DNA of 64,000 nt from Candidatus Poribacteria bacterium (GTDB lineage Bacteria; Poribacteria; WGA-4E; PCPOR2b), in NCBI GenBank assembly GCA_022822005.1, contig JAJECO010000040.1, positions 90 through 64,089 of the forward strand, in the 5' to 3' direction. Of the stretch, positions 56,221 to 64,000 are shown in pieces; position 1 is the first letter of the stretch, and every line of letters starts with the position of its first letter. The position numbers and the translations under genes were made by a program. Under the pieces are notes generated by a model, which made no database searches, was not told the DNA's origin, and saw only the letters and a program-made list of their open reading frames with translations.

Positions 56221-57600
56221 ATGGCGAATTGGGAAAATTATCTGGAAAGCAACAAGTCTCGATTCTTGGATGAGATGCTGGACTTTATCCGCATTCCGAG
56301 CATCTCCGCACTATCCGAACACGCCGGCGATATTCAGCGCGCCGGTGAATGGGTCGCAGATCGTTTGAACGCCGCTGGCATCGAAGGGGTCCGCATCCTG
56401 CCGACCAATGGACCTCCGGTGGTCTACGGCGAATGGCTACACGCTCCGGACAAACCGACTATCTTGATCTATGGCCACTTTGATACACAGCCTGTTGATC
56501 CGGTAGACCTGTGGTCTGACCCGCCCTTTGAGCCAGTTGTGCGGGACGGGCGGGTGTACGCACGTGGCTCCTCAGATGACAAAGGGAACATGCTTATCCC
56601 CATCCTCGCCACCGAAGCGATGCTCAAGGCAGAGGGGAGCCTACCGGTCAACCTGAAATTCTTCTTTGAAGGTGAGGAGGAGATCGGCAGTGGCCATCTC
56701 CCGGCAACGATAGATTCCCATAAGGAATTATTGGCTTGTAATCTGGTGGTCAGCGCCGACGGGTTGCAGTGGCGTGAGGACCAACCCTCACTGCTGGTTG
56801 GGTTCAAGGGGCTCTGCGCACTACAGATTGATGTGGTGGGACCCAATGTAGACCTGCATTCTGGAATCTATGGTGGCACTGTCCAAAACCCAATTCACGC
56901 CCTCGTGCGTCTCTTAGACTCTATGCGCAGTCCGGCGGGCGATGTGTTAGTCGAAGGTTTCTATGACGATGTTGTCCCGCTCTCCGCTGCGGATCGAGAG
57001 CAGATTGCAGCTATCGGTCACAACGAAACAGAGTATAGGGAGCAACTCGGAGTGGATCGCCTCTTCGGTGAGCCCGGCTATACGGCACTCGAACGAGCAT
57101 GGGTTCGCCCGACGCTGGAGCTGAATGGCATCTGGGGTGGTTTTCAGGGCGAGGGCAGCAAAACTGTCATTCCGAGTGAAGCCCACGCGAAAATCACTTG
57201 CCGCTTGGTGCCGGACCAGAATCCTAACAAGATTTTGGAGCAGCTCTCCGCTCACATCGAGAAATATACGCCGCCGGGGGTAAAGATAAGCACCACGCCA
57301 AAAGCTGCCCCCTCCCCGGCATACCGAATACCGGACGATCATCCGGGGAATCAGGCGGCTTACGCTGTGCTCGAAGAGGTGTACGGAAAAACGCCGTACT
57401 ATACCCGACTGGGCGGTACCCTTCCGGTATGCCGTCTCTTCTTGGATAAATTAGATGTCTATACAGTGACCTTCGCCTTCGGCTTGGAGGATGAAAATGC
57501 GCATGCCCCGGACGAGTTTTTCCGGATCAGCAGCTTTGAGCAGGGGCAGAAAGCCTATTGCAAACTGTTAGAGCGACTCAGTGAACAGGCAGGGCTGTAA
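56221..57600 (+). CDS. M20 family metallopeptidase (dipeptidase / acetylornithine-deacetylase-like).
   Basis: HFDTQP...GSSDDKG...EGEEEIGS...ADG metal-binding motifs. About 460 aa. AGGAGAA SD. Confidence 0.85.
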   Translation: MANWENYLESNKSRFLDEMLDFIRIPSISALSEHAGDIQRAGEWVADRLNAAGIEGVRILPTNGPPVVYGEWLHAPDKPTILIYGHFDTQPVDPVDLWSDPPFEPVVRDGRVYARGSSDDKGNMLIPILATEAMLKAEGSLPVNLKFFFEGEEEIGSGHLPATIDSHKELLACNLVVSADGLQWREDQPSLLVGFKGLCALQIDVVGPNVDLHSGIYGGTVQNPIHALVRLLDSMRSPAGDVLVEGFYDDVVPLSAADREQIAAIGHNETEYREQLGVDRLFGEPGYTALERAWVRPTLELNGIWGGFQGEGSKTVIPSEAHAKITCRLVPDQNPNKILEQLSAHIEKYTPPGVKISTTPKAAPSPAYRIPDDHPGNQAAYAVLEEVYGKTPYYTRLGGTLPVCRLFLDKLDVYTVTFAFGLEDENAHAPDEFFRISSFEQGQKAYCKLLERLSEQAGL

Positions 57601-57625
57601 AGCGCGGCATCTATAGTGAACCTTT

Positions 57626-57708
57626 AATGAGACACTCCAAACCGGCGCGGTTAGGAAACCGCCCCTACCGGAGGCGAAAGTGTTATCTGTTTTTAGAATT
57701 CACCATAG
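57626..57708 (+). repeat. Family D ~85-bp element, plus orientation, downstream of the M20 gene. It forms an inverted pair with 56078-56175.
   Basis: TAATGAGACACTCCAAACCGGCGCGGTTAGGAAACCGCCCCTACCGGAGGCGAAAGTGTTATCTGTTTTTAGAATTCACCATAG. Confidence 0.65.
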
Positions 57709-57742
57709 TTATGCTTGAGGGTAGTAGGAAGGAGCAGAAACT

Positions 57743-58537
57743 GTGCAATTAGCGAAGCGAACAGCAGTTATAACAGGGGCGGGGTCGGGGATTGGTCGTG
57801 CGATCGCCTGCCGATTCGCCGCCGAAGGTGCCCATGTCGTCGTAGCAGATATTAACGACGCTGCTGGAATAGAGACGGTTGCATCAATCGAAGATGAAGA
57901 TGGAACTGCTCGGTTTGTGCATACGGATGTAACGGACTCCGTCGCGATCGAGGCGATGGTAGCTCAGACAGTTGGCGCCTACGGCAACGTTGATATCTTA
58001 GTGAACAATGCCTACTTCTGTGATGGAGGCGACCTCCTCACCGTTGATGAAGAACTGTGGAACAGGAATATAAGCGGTTGTTTGTCAAGTGCCTTCCTCT
58101 GTTGTAAAGCTGTATTGCCCCACATGATTTCTCAAGACAAGGGGGCGATTGTCAACATCGCTTCGGTGAATGGGCTACTCGGACTCGGCGAGGAGGGATA
58201 TAGCGCTGCCAAAGCGGGAGTTATCTCGCTGACGCAGAACATCGCTGTCCGCTACGGAGAGCATGGAGTCCGCGCCAATTCAATCTGTCCGGGAACTATT
58301 CAAACGCCTGCATGGACGTCGGTACGTGAAAAGGATCCGGATGTCTTCGACCGTCTGGCGAAGTGGTATCCGCTCAAACGGGTTGGTAAGCCCGAAGAGA
58401 TTGCTGCAGCTGCGCTCTTTCTGGCGTCGGATCAAGCATCTTTCGTTACTGGGACAAACCTCGTAGTGGATGGAGGATTGACCGCTGGCCTGAAACGTAT
58501 GGGCGAAGAATTGGTAGGAGAGGGTACAGAGATTTGA
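57743..58537 (+). CDS. SDR family oxidoreductase.
   Basis: TGAGSGIGRA Rossmann motif, NNAY, YSAAK catalytic motif. GTG start with GGAAGGAG SD. Confidence 0.85.
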   Translation: MQLAKRTAVITGAGSGIGRAIACRFAAEGAHVVVADINDAAGIETVASIEDEDGTARFVHTDVTDSVAIEAMVAQTVGAYGNVDILVNNAYFCDGGDLLTVDEELWNRNISGCLSSAFLCCKAVLPHMISQDKGAIVNIASVNGLLGLGEEGYSAAKAGVISLTQNIAVRYGEHGVRANSICPGTIQTPAWTSVREKDPDVFDRLAKWYPLKRVGKPEEIAAAALFLASDQASFVTGTNLVVDGGLTAGLKRMGEELVGEGTEI

Positions 58538-58735
58538 TAAAATAACCTGATTTAACCAATGGTGCTAGTTTGCGACTGTTGATAGCGTGAAACGTGAAGA
58601 GAAGAATAGAACACAGAGACGCTAGGAAATTCCCTTAAAAAACTTTGCGCCGTTGCGTCATTGCGTTAAGTATTCTTCATGTACTAATGAATCAATGAAC
58701 CATGTATTTAGGGGATGAAGCTTGGAGATATAACC

Positions 58736-59578
58736 ATGACATCAACACAACTCAACGACCAACAGATGGCATTTTTTGATCCGTTTGGGTTCCTGTCCTT
58801 TCCGGGATTGTTGGCTGATTGCGCCGATAAAATAATCGACGAGTTTGAAGCCATCTGGAATTCCCACGGTGGTGGACACCACGGCGCGCTGCACGACGGG
58901 GTGAACCGTTCTTGCATCTTTCCATTCCCGGATCGAAGTGAATATCTCAGTTCCATACTGGATGACCCACGTATTCACGACATAGCCGCCAGCATTTGTG
59001 GCGATGACTTTAACTATACAAGTGGCGACGGTAATTTCTACGCAGGTGACACCCGTTGGCACTCTGACGGGTACGACGGGCACCGACTGATGAGTATCAA
59101 GATCGCTTTCTACCTCGATCCGCTGACCCGCGACACCGGCGCGCTCCGCATTATCCCCGGTAGTCACCGTGTTGGTGAACCTTACGCCGATACGATTGAA
59201 CGCGATATCCGTGAGAGCGGGCAGATTTGGGGGATGTCCGGTCCTGAGGTTCCTGCACTTATTTTGGAGACAAATCCCGGCGATATTGTCGTTTTCAACC
59301 ACAACCTCAAACACGCTGCGTTTGGCGGTTCTGAGCGACGACGGATGTACACAATGAACTTCTGCCGTCGCTACCCGGAAGAGCGACTTGGCGAGTTGCG
59401 CGATAAACTGGGCAAAGAGGCACGGTTCTGGATTGATCGTATCCACGGCGAAGCGATGATCCGCACAGCGGGACCGGAGCGGATGGTACACTTGGAGCAG
59501 GTGATGGAGAACGACACCCATCTCGCTGAATTACATCAGGAACTAAGAGAGACAATGACAGAACCGTCACGTGGATGA
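58736..59578 (+). CDS. PhyH family Fe(II)/2OG dioxygenase, tandem copy 1.
   Basis: WHSDGYDGHR ... NHNLKHAAF (HxD...H). GGAGATA SD. Confidence 0.8.
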   Translation: MTSTQLNDQQMAFFDPFGFLSFPGLLADCADKIIDEFEAIWNSHGGGHHGALHDGVNRSCIFPFPDRSEYLSSILDDPRIHDIAASICGDDFNYTSGDGNFYAGDTRWHSDGYDGHRLMSIKIAFYLDPLTRDTGALRIIPGSHRVGEPYADTIERDIRESGQIWGMSGPEVPALILETNPGDIVVFNHNLKHAAFGGSERRRMYTMNFCRRYPEERLGELRDKLGKEARFWIDRIHGEAMIRTAGPERMVHLEQVMENDTHLAELHQELRETMTEPSRG

Positions 59579-59734
59579 GGGCTCAATTGGTCTTAGCTGA
59601 AGTTATGCTGTCAACAGAGTTCCGATAACAAAAGAACGTGCAAAACGCTAAGAGAAACCGAGTTTTCGGCAGTAAGGAACCACGATCATTGTTTACTTTC
59701 TTAACATGAGCCAATAGAGATTGGAGACGCGCCA

Positions 59735-60577
59735 ATGGAGTCAACACGACTTAACGACCAACAGATGGCATTTTTTGATACGTTTGGGTTCCTGTCCTTT
59801 CCGGGATTATTGGCTGACTGCGCCGATAAGATTATTGACGAGTTTGAAGCTGTCTGGGCTGTCCACGGGGGCGGGCATAACGGTGCGCTGCACGACGGGG
59901 TGAATCGTTCTTGCATCTGCCCGTTCCCTGATCTCAGTGAGTACCTCAGTTCACTACTGGACGATCCGCGCATCCACGACATCGCTGCCAGTATTTGTGG
60001 GGATGACTTTAACTATACAAGCGGCGACGGCAATCTCTACGCCGGGGACACCCGTTGGCACTCCGACGGTTACAATGGAAACCGGCTGATGGATATCAAG
60101 ATCCCTTTCTACCTCGATCCGCTCACCCGCGATACGGGTGCACTTCGTGTGATCCCCGGCAGTCACCGCGTTGGCGAGCCTTATGCCGACACGATTGAAC
60201 GCGATATTCGTGAGAGCGGCCAGATCTGGGGGATGTCCGGTCCTGAAGTCCCGGCACTCATTCTGGAGACGAACCCCGGCGATATTGTCGTCTTCAACCA
60301 AAACCTCAAACACGCTGCGTTTGGCGGCTCTGAGCGACGCCGGATGTACACAATGAACTTCTGCTCTCGTTACCCCGAGGAACGGCTTGGGGAATTGCGT
60401 GACATGTTCGCTAAAGAAGCACGGTTCTGGATTGATCGCATCCACGGCGAAGCGATGATACGCACCGCAGGACCCGAGCGGATGGTACACTTGGAGCAGG
60501 TGATGGAAAATGACACCCACCTCGTTGAATTACATCGGGAACTAAGACAGACGATGACAGAGCCGTCACGTGGATGA
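59735..60577 (+). CDS. PhyH family Fe(II)/2OG dioxygenase, tandem copy 2 (about 90% identical to copy 1).
   Basis: Near-identical DNA over about 800 bp to 58736..59578. GGAGACGC SD. Confidence 0.8.
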   Translation: MESTRLNDQQMAFFDTFGFLSFPGLLADCADKIIDEFEAVWAVHGGGHNGALHDGVNRSCICPFPDLSEYLSSLLDDPRIHDIAASICGDDFNYTSGDGNLYAGDTRWHSDGYNGNRLMDIKIPFYLDPLTRDTGALRVIPGSHRVGEPYADTIERDIRESGQIWGMSGPEVPALILETNPGDIVVFNQNLKHAAFGGSERRRMYTMNFCSRYPEERLGELRDMFAKEARFWIDRIHGEAMIRTAGPERMVHLEQVMENDTHLVELHRELRQTMTEPSRG

Positions 60578-60633
60578 TGGATCAATTTGATATGATTACT
60601 CTAAACGTTGGTCAATATTCGGAGGAGTTAAAA

Positions 60634-60816
60634 ATGAAATTTCTTGTTAGAAGATACTACTCAGGTTTTTGTACTGATGAAGTTGAAGCAGAAGATGAGG
60701 ATGCTGCTCTTAATATTGCTAGAAATCTGCCCATAGATGAAGGCGAAATTCTTTCGACCTTAGAGGATTGGCGGTACGCCGATGAGGTCGAAGTTGCTGA
60801 AGATGATGAAAACTAG
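60634..60816 (+). CDS. Small, extremely acidic hypothetical protein (60 aa, net charge about -14) overlapping the start of the HNH nuclease gene.
   Basis: GGAGGAG SD 6 nt before ATG 60634. MKFLVRRYYSGFCTDEVEAEDEDAALNIARNLPIDEGEILSTLEDWRYADEVEVAEDDEN. Sits at the AT-rich island boundary. Confidence 0.45.
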   Translation: MKFLVRRYYSGFCTDEVEAEDEDAALNIARNLPIDEGEILSTLEDWRYADEVEVAEDDEN

Positions 60817-61651
60817 AAGCAAAATCAATTATAATTATCAGACAGTCAAAATCTCCCAAAGTCGAATAGATAGAGGGTTAATAGCTCTCCCGCGATCTCT
60901 AACGCGATGGTTCCCTGATCATAATACAACTATTCGAGTCTATTTGGGAGATTCCCTCATTCCGGAGGTTAAAAACTATACCTCACATACTGGCTCTACG
61001 AATGAATCCCGAATTGGGGGACTGGTGGATTGGTTTGATACAAATAATATCAGAGATGGTGATGAAATAGTTATCCAACTGATAGATGAGCAAGAGCGTA
61101 TTTATAGATTGATAGCCGAAAACGATTTCATCATAAAAACAAAAGAGTTACAAGATGGCTTTGACCGTTCTCAAGATGAAGATGCAGCTTTGGAAGGTGT
61201 TGTTCGACTGGCAAATTGGACGGAATTGGATAATAGCAAAGTCGTGCTTAATGAATATCGTCGATTAGTAGACACGATGCCAGTTAGAAGAAGAGGATAT
61301 GTTAGTAGACAATCGAACCGGACGAGAGAACGAACTCCTCACAATTTAAGAGTTCTATTAGGGAAGATTTATCAAGGTCATTGCCAAGTATGTGACTTTA
61401 CATTTTTAAAAACAGATGATACGCCTTATTTTGAAATTCATCACATAGATCGAGCAGAAGGTCATCAACCACAGAATCTGATAGTGGTCTGTGCTAATTG
61501 TCATAGACAGTTTGAATTTGCGAATGTTGACCATACATTTAATAATGAGGGGTGGCTTATAAAAGTCAATTTCAATCAAAGTTTTTATGACATAAATCAA
61601 GTTTTATTGAATTCCAGAATAGAAGATTTTATGAAACAGACACATATATGA
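60806..61651 (+). CDS. HNH endonuclease-domain protein with a ~200-aa N-terminal (possibly beta-barrel DNA-binding) domain. No adjacent methyltransferase.
   Basis: C-terminal CQVCDF...FEIHHIDRAEGHQPQNLIVVCANCH (HNH with zinc-ribbon Cys pairs). AT-rich. Start ambiguous among ATG 60782, 60803 and 60806, all overlapping the acidic ORF. Confidence 0.7.
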   Translation: MKTRSKINYNYQTVKISQSRIDRGLIALPRSLTRWFPDHNTTIRVYLGDSLIPEVKNYTSHTGSTNESRIGGLVDWFDTNNIRDGDEIVIQLIDEQERIYRLIAENDFIIKTKELQDGFDRSQDEDAALEGVVRLANWTELDNSKVVLNEYRRLVDTMPVRRRGYVSRQSNRTRERTPHNLRVLLGKIYQGHCQVCDFTFLKTDDTPYFEIHHIDRAEGHQPQNLIVVCANCHRQFEFANVDHTFNNEGWLIKVNFNQSFYDINQVLLNSRIEDFMKQTHI

Positions 61652-61653
61652 TT

Positions 61654-61804
61654 AGGACTTACACAGTTGAACGCTGAAGTTTTGTAGTCCGATGTTTCAG
61701 TGCCAATGCGGGGCAAGATGCTCCGCCTACGATGGGTATGGATGCTGCCCATGCCCCGATCGCCTGATGAATCAGGCTACTACAATATGAGGTGCGTAAG
61801 TCCT
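61654..61804. mobile_element. Family F MITE-like element (151 bp) with TIRs AGGACTTACACAG / GTGCGTAAGTCCT, inserted 2 nt after the HNH gene stop.
   Basis: TIRs and subterminal TGTAGTCC / GGCTACTACA inverted repeats read directly. The internal GCGGGGCAAG...GCCTACGAT module is also at 42733-42830. Confidence 0.65.
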
Positions 61805-62054
61805 GTGATATAACTAGATTGTTTGACTGCCACGCATAAGTCAAAGTATAATAGACAGAATAGCAAGAAAATGAGCAAACACGCAACAGACGCTCTCCCC
61901 GCAACAAGGGAGACCAAAGGGGAGTTAAAGTTTGAGATGAACATTCCGCAGCCCAAAGAGTATGTAGACCCAACCCTTATTTACGGTAAAGGATACTTTT
62001 AATCAAATACCCAAGACATAATAAGCTGTCGTAGGCAACAACGGGTACTCATCT

Positions 62055-62393
62055 ATGCTTACCGTACACCCCCGAGAACTACAAATCTATCGAACTCAAA
62101 ACGGGCGGGAACCTTTCACCGAATGGTTAGAATCAATCAGCGATCAAAGGACACAAAACCGAATTCAAAGACGAGTTGACCGGCTCGAAGAAGGCAATTT
62201 TGGTGATCACAAATCTGTTGGTGAGGGTGTTTTTGAGCTACGCCTCTACTTCGGTGCGGACTATCGAGTCTATTTTGGTGAAATAAATAATACGGTTCTC
62301 CTTCTGCTCTGTGGTGGTGACAAGTCATCACAGACACGGGACATTGAACGCGCAAAAACCTATTGGAGCGAATACAAGGAGGCATACCGATGA
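62055..62393 (+). CDS. RelE/ParE-superfamily toxin of the HigB-like 'addiction module killer protein' type.
   Basis: REPFTEWLESISDQRTQNRIQRRVDRLEEGNFGDHKSVGEGVFELRLYFGADYRVYFGEINNTVLLLLCGGDKSSQTRDIERAK matches the family consensus. Confidence 0.8.
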   Translation: MLTVHPRELQIYRTQNGREPFTEWLESISDQRTQNRIQRRVDRLEEGNFGDHKSVGEGVFELRLYFGADYRVYFGEINNTVLLLLCGGDKSSQTRDIERAKTYWSEYKEAYR

Positions 62394-62716
62394 GAGAAAT
62401 AAGGACATGGCGCGAATACCTAATTGAAAAGTTTGCTGACCGGGAGAAGGCGATGGGCTATCTCCAGGTTGCACTGGAAGAATACCAAGGTGACAATGAC
62501 ACCGCTACATTTATGCGGGCCCTCCAAACTGTGGTTGAAGCACAGGGCGGGATTCATGAACTTGCCAATCAAATCCATACACCACCACAAACCGCATTGA
62601 AAATGCTATCAAGCGACAACACACCAACGCTCGATACGCTCGGAACTATTTTGAATGCGCTTGGCTGGCGGCTTTCGATTGAACCGTTAGAGGATGCAAT
62701 ACCTAGCCTTGAGTAG
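62390..62716 (+). CDS. Cognate HigA-type antitoxin ('addiction module antidote protein', HTH).
   Basis: ATG 62390 overlaps the toxin TGA (ATGA), with AAGGAGG SD. REYLIEKFADREKAMGYLQVALEEY...TLGTILNALGWRLSIEP is typical for the family. Confidence 0.8.
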   Translation: MREIRTWREYLIEKFADREKAMGYLQVALEEYQGDNDTATFMRALQTVVEAQGGIHELANQIHTPPQTALKMLSSDNTPTLDTLGTILNALGWRLSIEPLEDAIPSLE

Positions 62717-62737
62717 TTTACAAAAATGAGGATAAAA

Positions 62738-64000
62738 ATGAAAAGAAACCATAATTCACTGGATTACAAGATTCAGAAAATTAGAACAGGCATAAGTATC
62801 TACCCCTACTTCTTGCTCATTGTGGCTTTTGCAGCGTTGGTAGGCATCTGGGATGCTTCAGCTGCTATCACTGGGAAGATTTCGGGTGTAGTCACCGCTG
62901 AAGCAACGCAGGCGCCGCTGGCAGATGTAACAGTAACAATTGTCGGAACCAGTAGCACCGCCACCACGAACGACGCAGGCTATTATGTCATCGTCAATAT
63001 CCCGCCGGGCGGTTATGATGTGAAAGTAGAACTCGGTGACTATGTTTCGGAGACTGTGGCGGGCGCGAAGGTGTTCGCTGGGCTTACTACAACTCTGAAC
63101 TTTGCTTTAAAGACTGCCGATGTTGTCACGCTCGAAGAGGTAACGGTAACAGCTGTCAAGCCGCTAATTAAGCGGGATGTTACCCAAACAACACGAATCA
63201 TCGAAGCGGAGGACATCGAAGCGATGCCGCGCGATACCGTGAATGGAATTCTCCAAACGCAGGCTGGCGTAGCGGTAAATAATGCGTCCGGTGCGGTCCA
63301 CATTCGCGGCGGTCGTTCGATGGAGATTAAATATTTGATCGACGGGCTGCCGGTCAATGACCTAATTGGCAGCGGCTTAGGTGTGAATATCAGCACCAAC
63401 GCCCTCGAACAGATGGAAATTATCACGGGTGGATTCAATGCAGAACACGGCGATGCACAATCCGGTGTGATTAACCTCATCACGAAAGCTGGCGCTCAGA
63501 AGTTTTCTGGCCGAATTCGGTATCGCGTTGGTCAGTGGGCAACACACCACGGCGATCCGGTATACGGTCCTTGGTTCGATCCCGATAACAACTTCCGCCC
63601 TGTAGCACTTGAACCTTTCCGGGGTATCTTCCTCGGCGAGCCTTACGACTATCAAGCCCCCTATCGCGGAGATACTACTACGGTCGAAGAGTTAGCAAAT
63701 CGAGAGGGCGATGGACAGGTCGTTTTCACGGAGATTGCCCCCGGCGTATATGCGGACAGGACAGAAAACCCGCTGTCGCCGGTTATTGATCCCACTACAG
63801 GTGAACCTCAAGTGGATGCTGCGGGCGAGGTTATTATGGCACGCCAACCGTATCAAGACACCGATGGCACCCTCATCGACTATGAAAAGAAGCAGGTAAC
63901 GCTGTTAGATGGCTATATTGTGGACCTGAATCAATACAGCGGTCTGTTCAACGATACAAAAACGTACGATCTGAGTCCGAGCCATATTGGGGAACTTGCA
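62738..64000 (+). CDS. TonB-dependent receptor with an N-terminal carboxypeptidase-regulatory-like domain. 3'-partial (runs off the window).
   Basis: Signal peptide; GKISGVVTAEATQAPLADVTVTIVGTSSTATTNDAGYYVIVNIPPGGYDVKV (CarbopepD_reg-like). The plug domain follows (EAEDIEAMPRDTVNGILQTQAGV...GGRSMEIKYLIDGLPVND). Frame open to position 64000. Confidence 0.85.
   Translation, partial: MKRNHNSLDYKIQKIRTGISIYPYFLLIVAFAALVGIWDASAAITGKISGVVTAEATQAPLADVTVTIVGTSSTATTNDAGYYVIVNIPPGGYDVKVELGDYVSETVAGAKVFAGLTTTLNFALKTADVVTLEEVTVTAVKPLIKRDVTQTTRIIEAEDIEAMPRDTVNGILQTQAGVAVNNASGAVHIRGGRSMEIKYLIDGLPVNDLIGSGLGVNISTNALEQMEIITGGFNAEHGDAQSGVINLITKAGAQKFSGRIRYRVGQWATHHGDPVYGPWFDPDNNFRPVALEPFRGIFLGEPYDYQAPYRGDTTTVEELANREGDGQVVFTEIAPGVYADRTENPLSPVIDPTTGEPQVDAAGEVIMARQPYQDTDGTLIDYEKKQVTLLDGYIVDLNQYSGLFNDTKTYDLSPSHIGELA

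Noticed and set aside
61659-61973. 104-aa minus-strand ORF downstream of the HNH gene.
   Set aside because: It spans the family F MITE and AT-rich non-coding DNA, with no SD and no homology signal.

Overview
This 64 kb window is a moderately GC-rich chromosomal segment from an uncultivated bacterium. Its gene content (sulfatase-like, PD40 and FG-GAP propellers, dockerin lipoproteins, many PhyH dioxygenases, Gfo/Idh/MocA oxidoreductases) is reminiscent of marine or sponge-associated candidate phyla; that attribution is inference only. About 50 protein genes are supported and no rRNA, tRNA or CRISPR was found.

Main genes and clusters:
- Restriction-modification: an MmeI-like single-polypeptide type IIG enzyme.
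- Conserved singletons: PrpD 2-methylcitrate dehydratase, HU behind a perfect consensus sigma70 promoter, MoxR ATPase, HpcH aldolase and HisB.
- Large surface protein: a 2170-aa secreted protein with Gly/Tyr-rich low-complexity repeats.
- Tandem families: two separate sets of three tandem paralogs (dockerin-bearing secreted glycoside-hydrolase-like proteins, and membrane-anchored PD40 propellers).
- Candidate pathway: a dense plus-strand cluster RraA-like / ATP-grasp / PhyH / M20 peptidase / SDR / PhyH / PhyH.
- Putative island: an AT-rich segment carrying an HNH nuclease, a tiny very acidic overlapping ORF and a HigB/HigA-type toxin-antitoxin pair.

The two most interesting points found by reading the sequence:
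1. A selenoprotein gene (45661..46191, minus strand). An in-frame TGA gives a 'UGSC' motif, and a 37-nt SECIS-like hairpin follows the TGA directly. An ORF caller splits it into two ORFs.
2. A dense mosaic of at least five families of short intergenic repeats. These include a 13-bp-TIR MITE (family F), a ~85-bp element (family D) found twice as inverted pairs bracketing single genes, GC-hairpin elements, and recurring 12-16-nt motifs shared between unrelated promoter regions.
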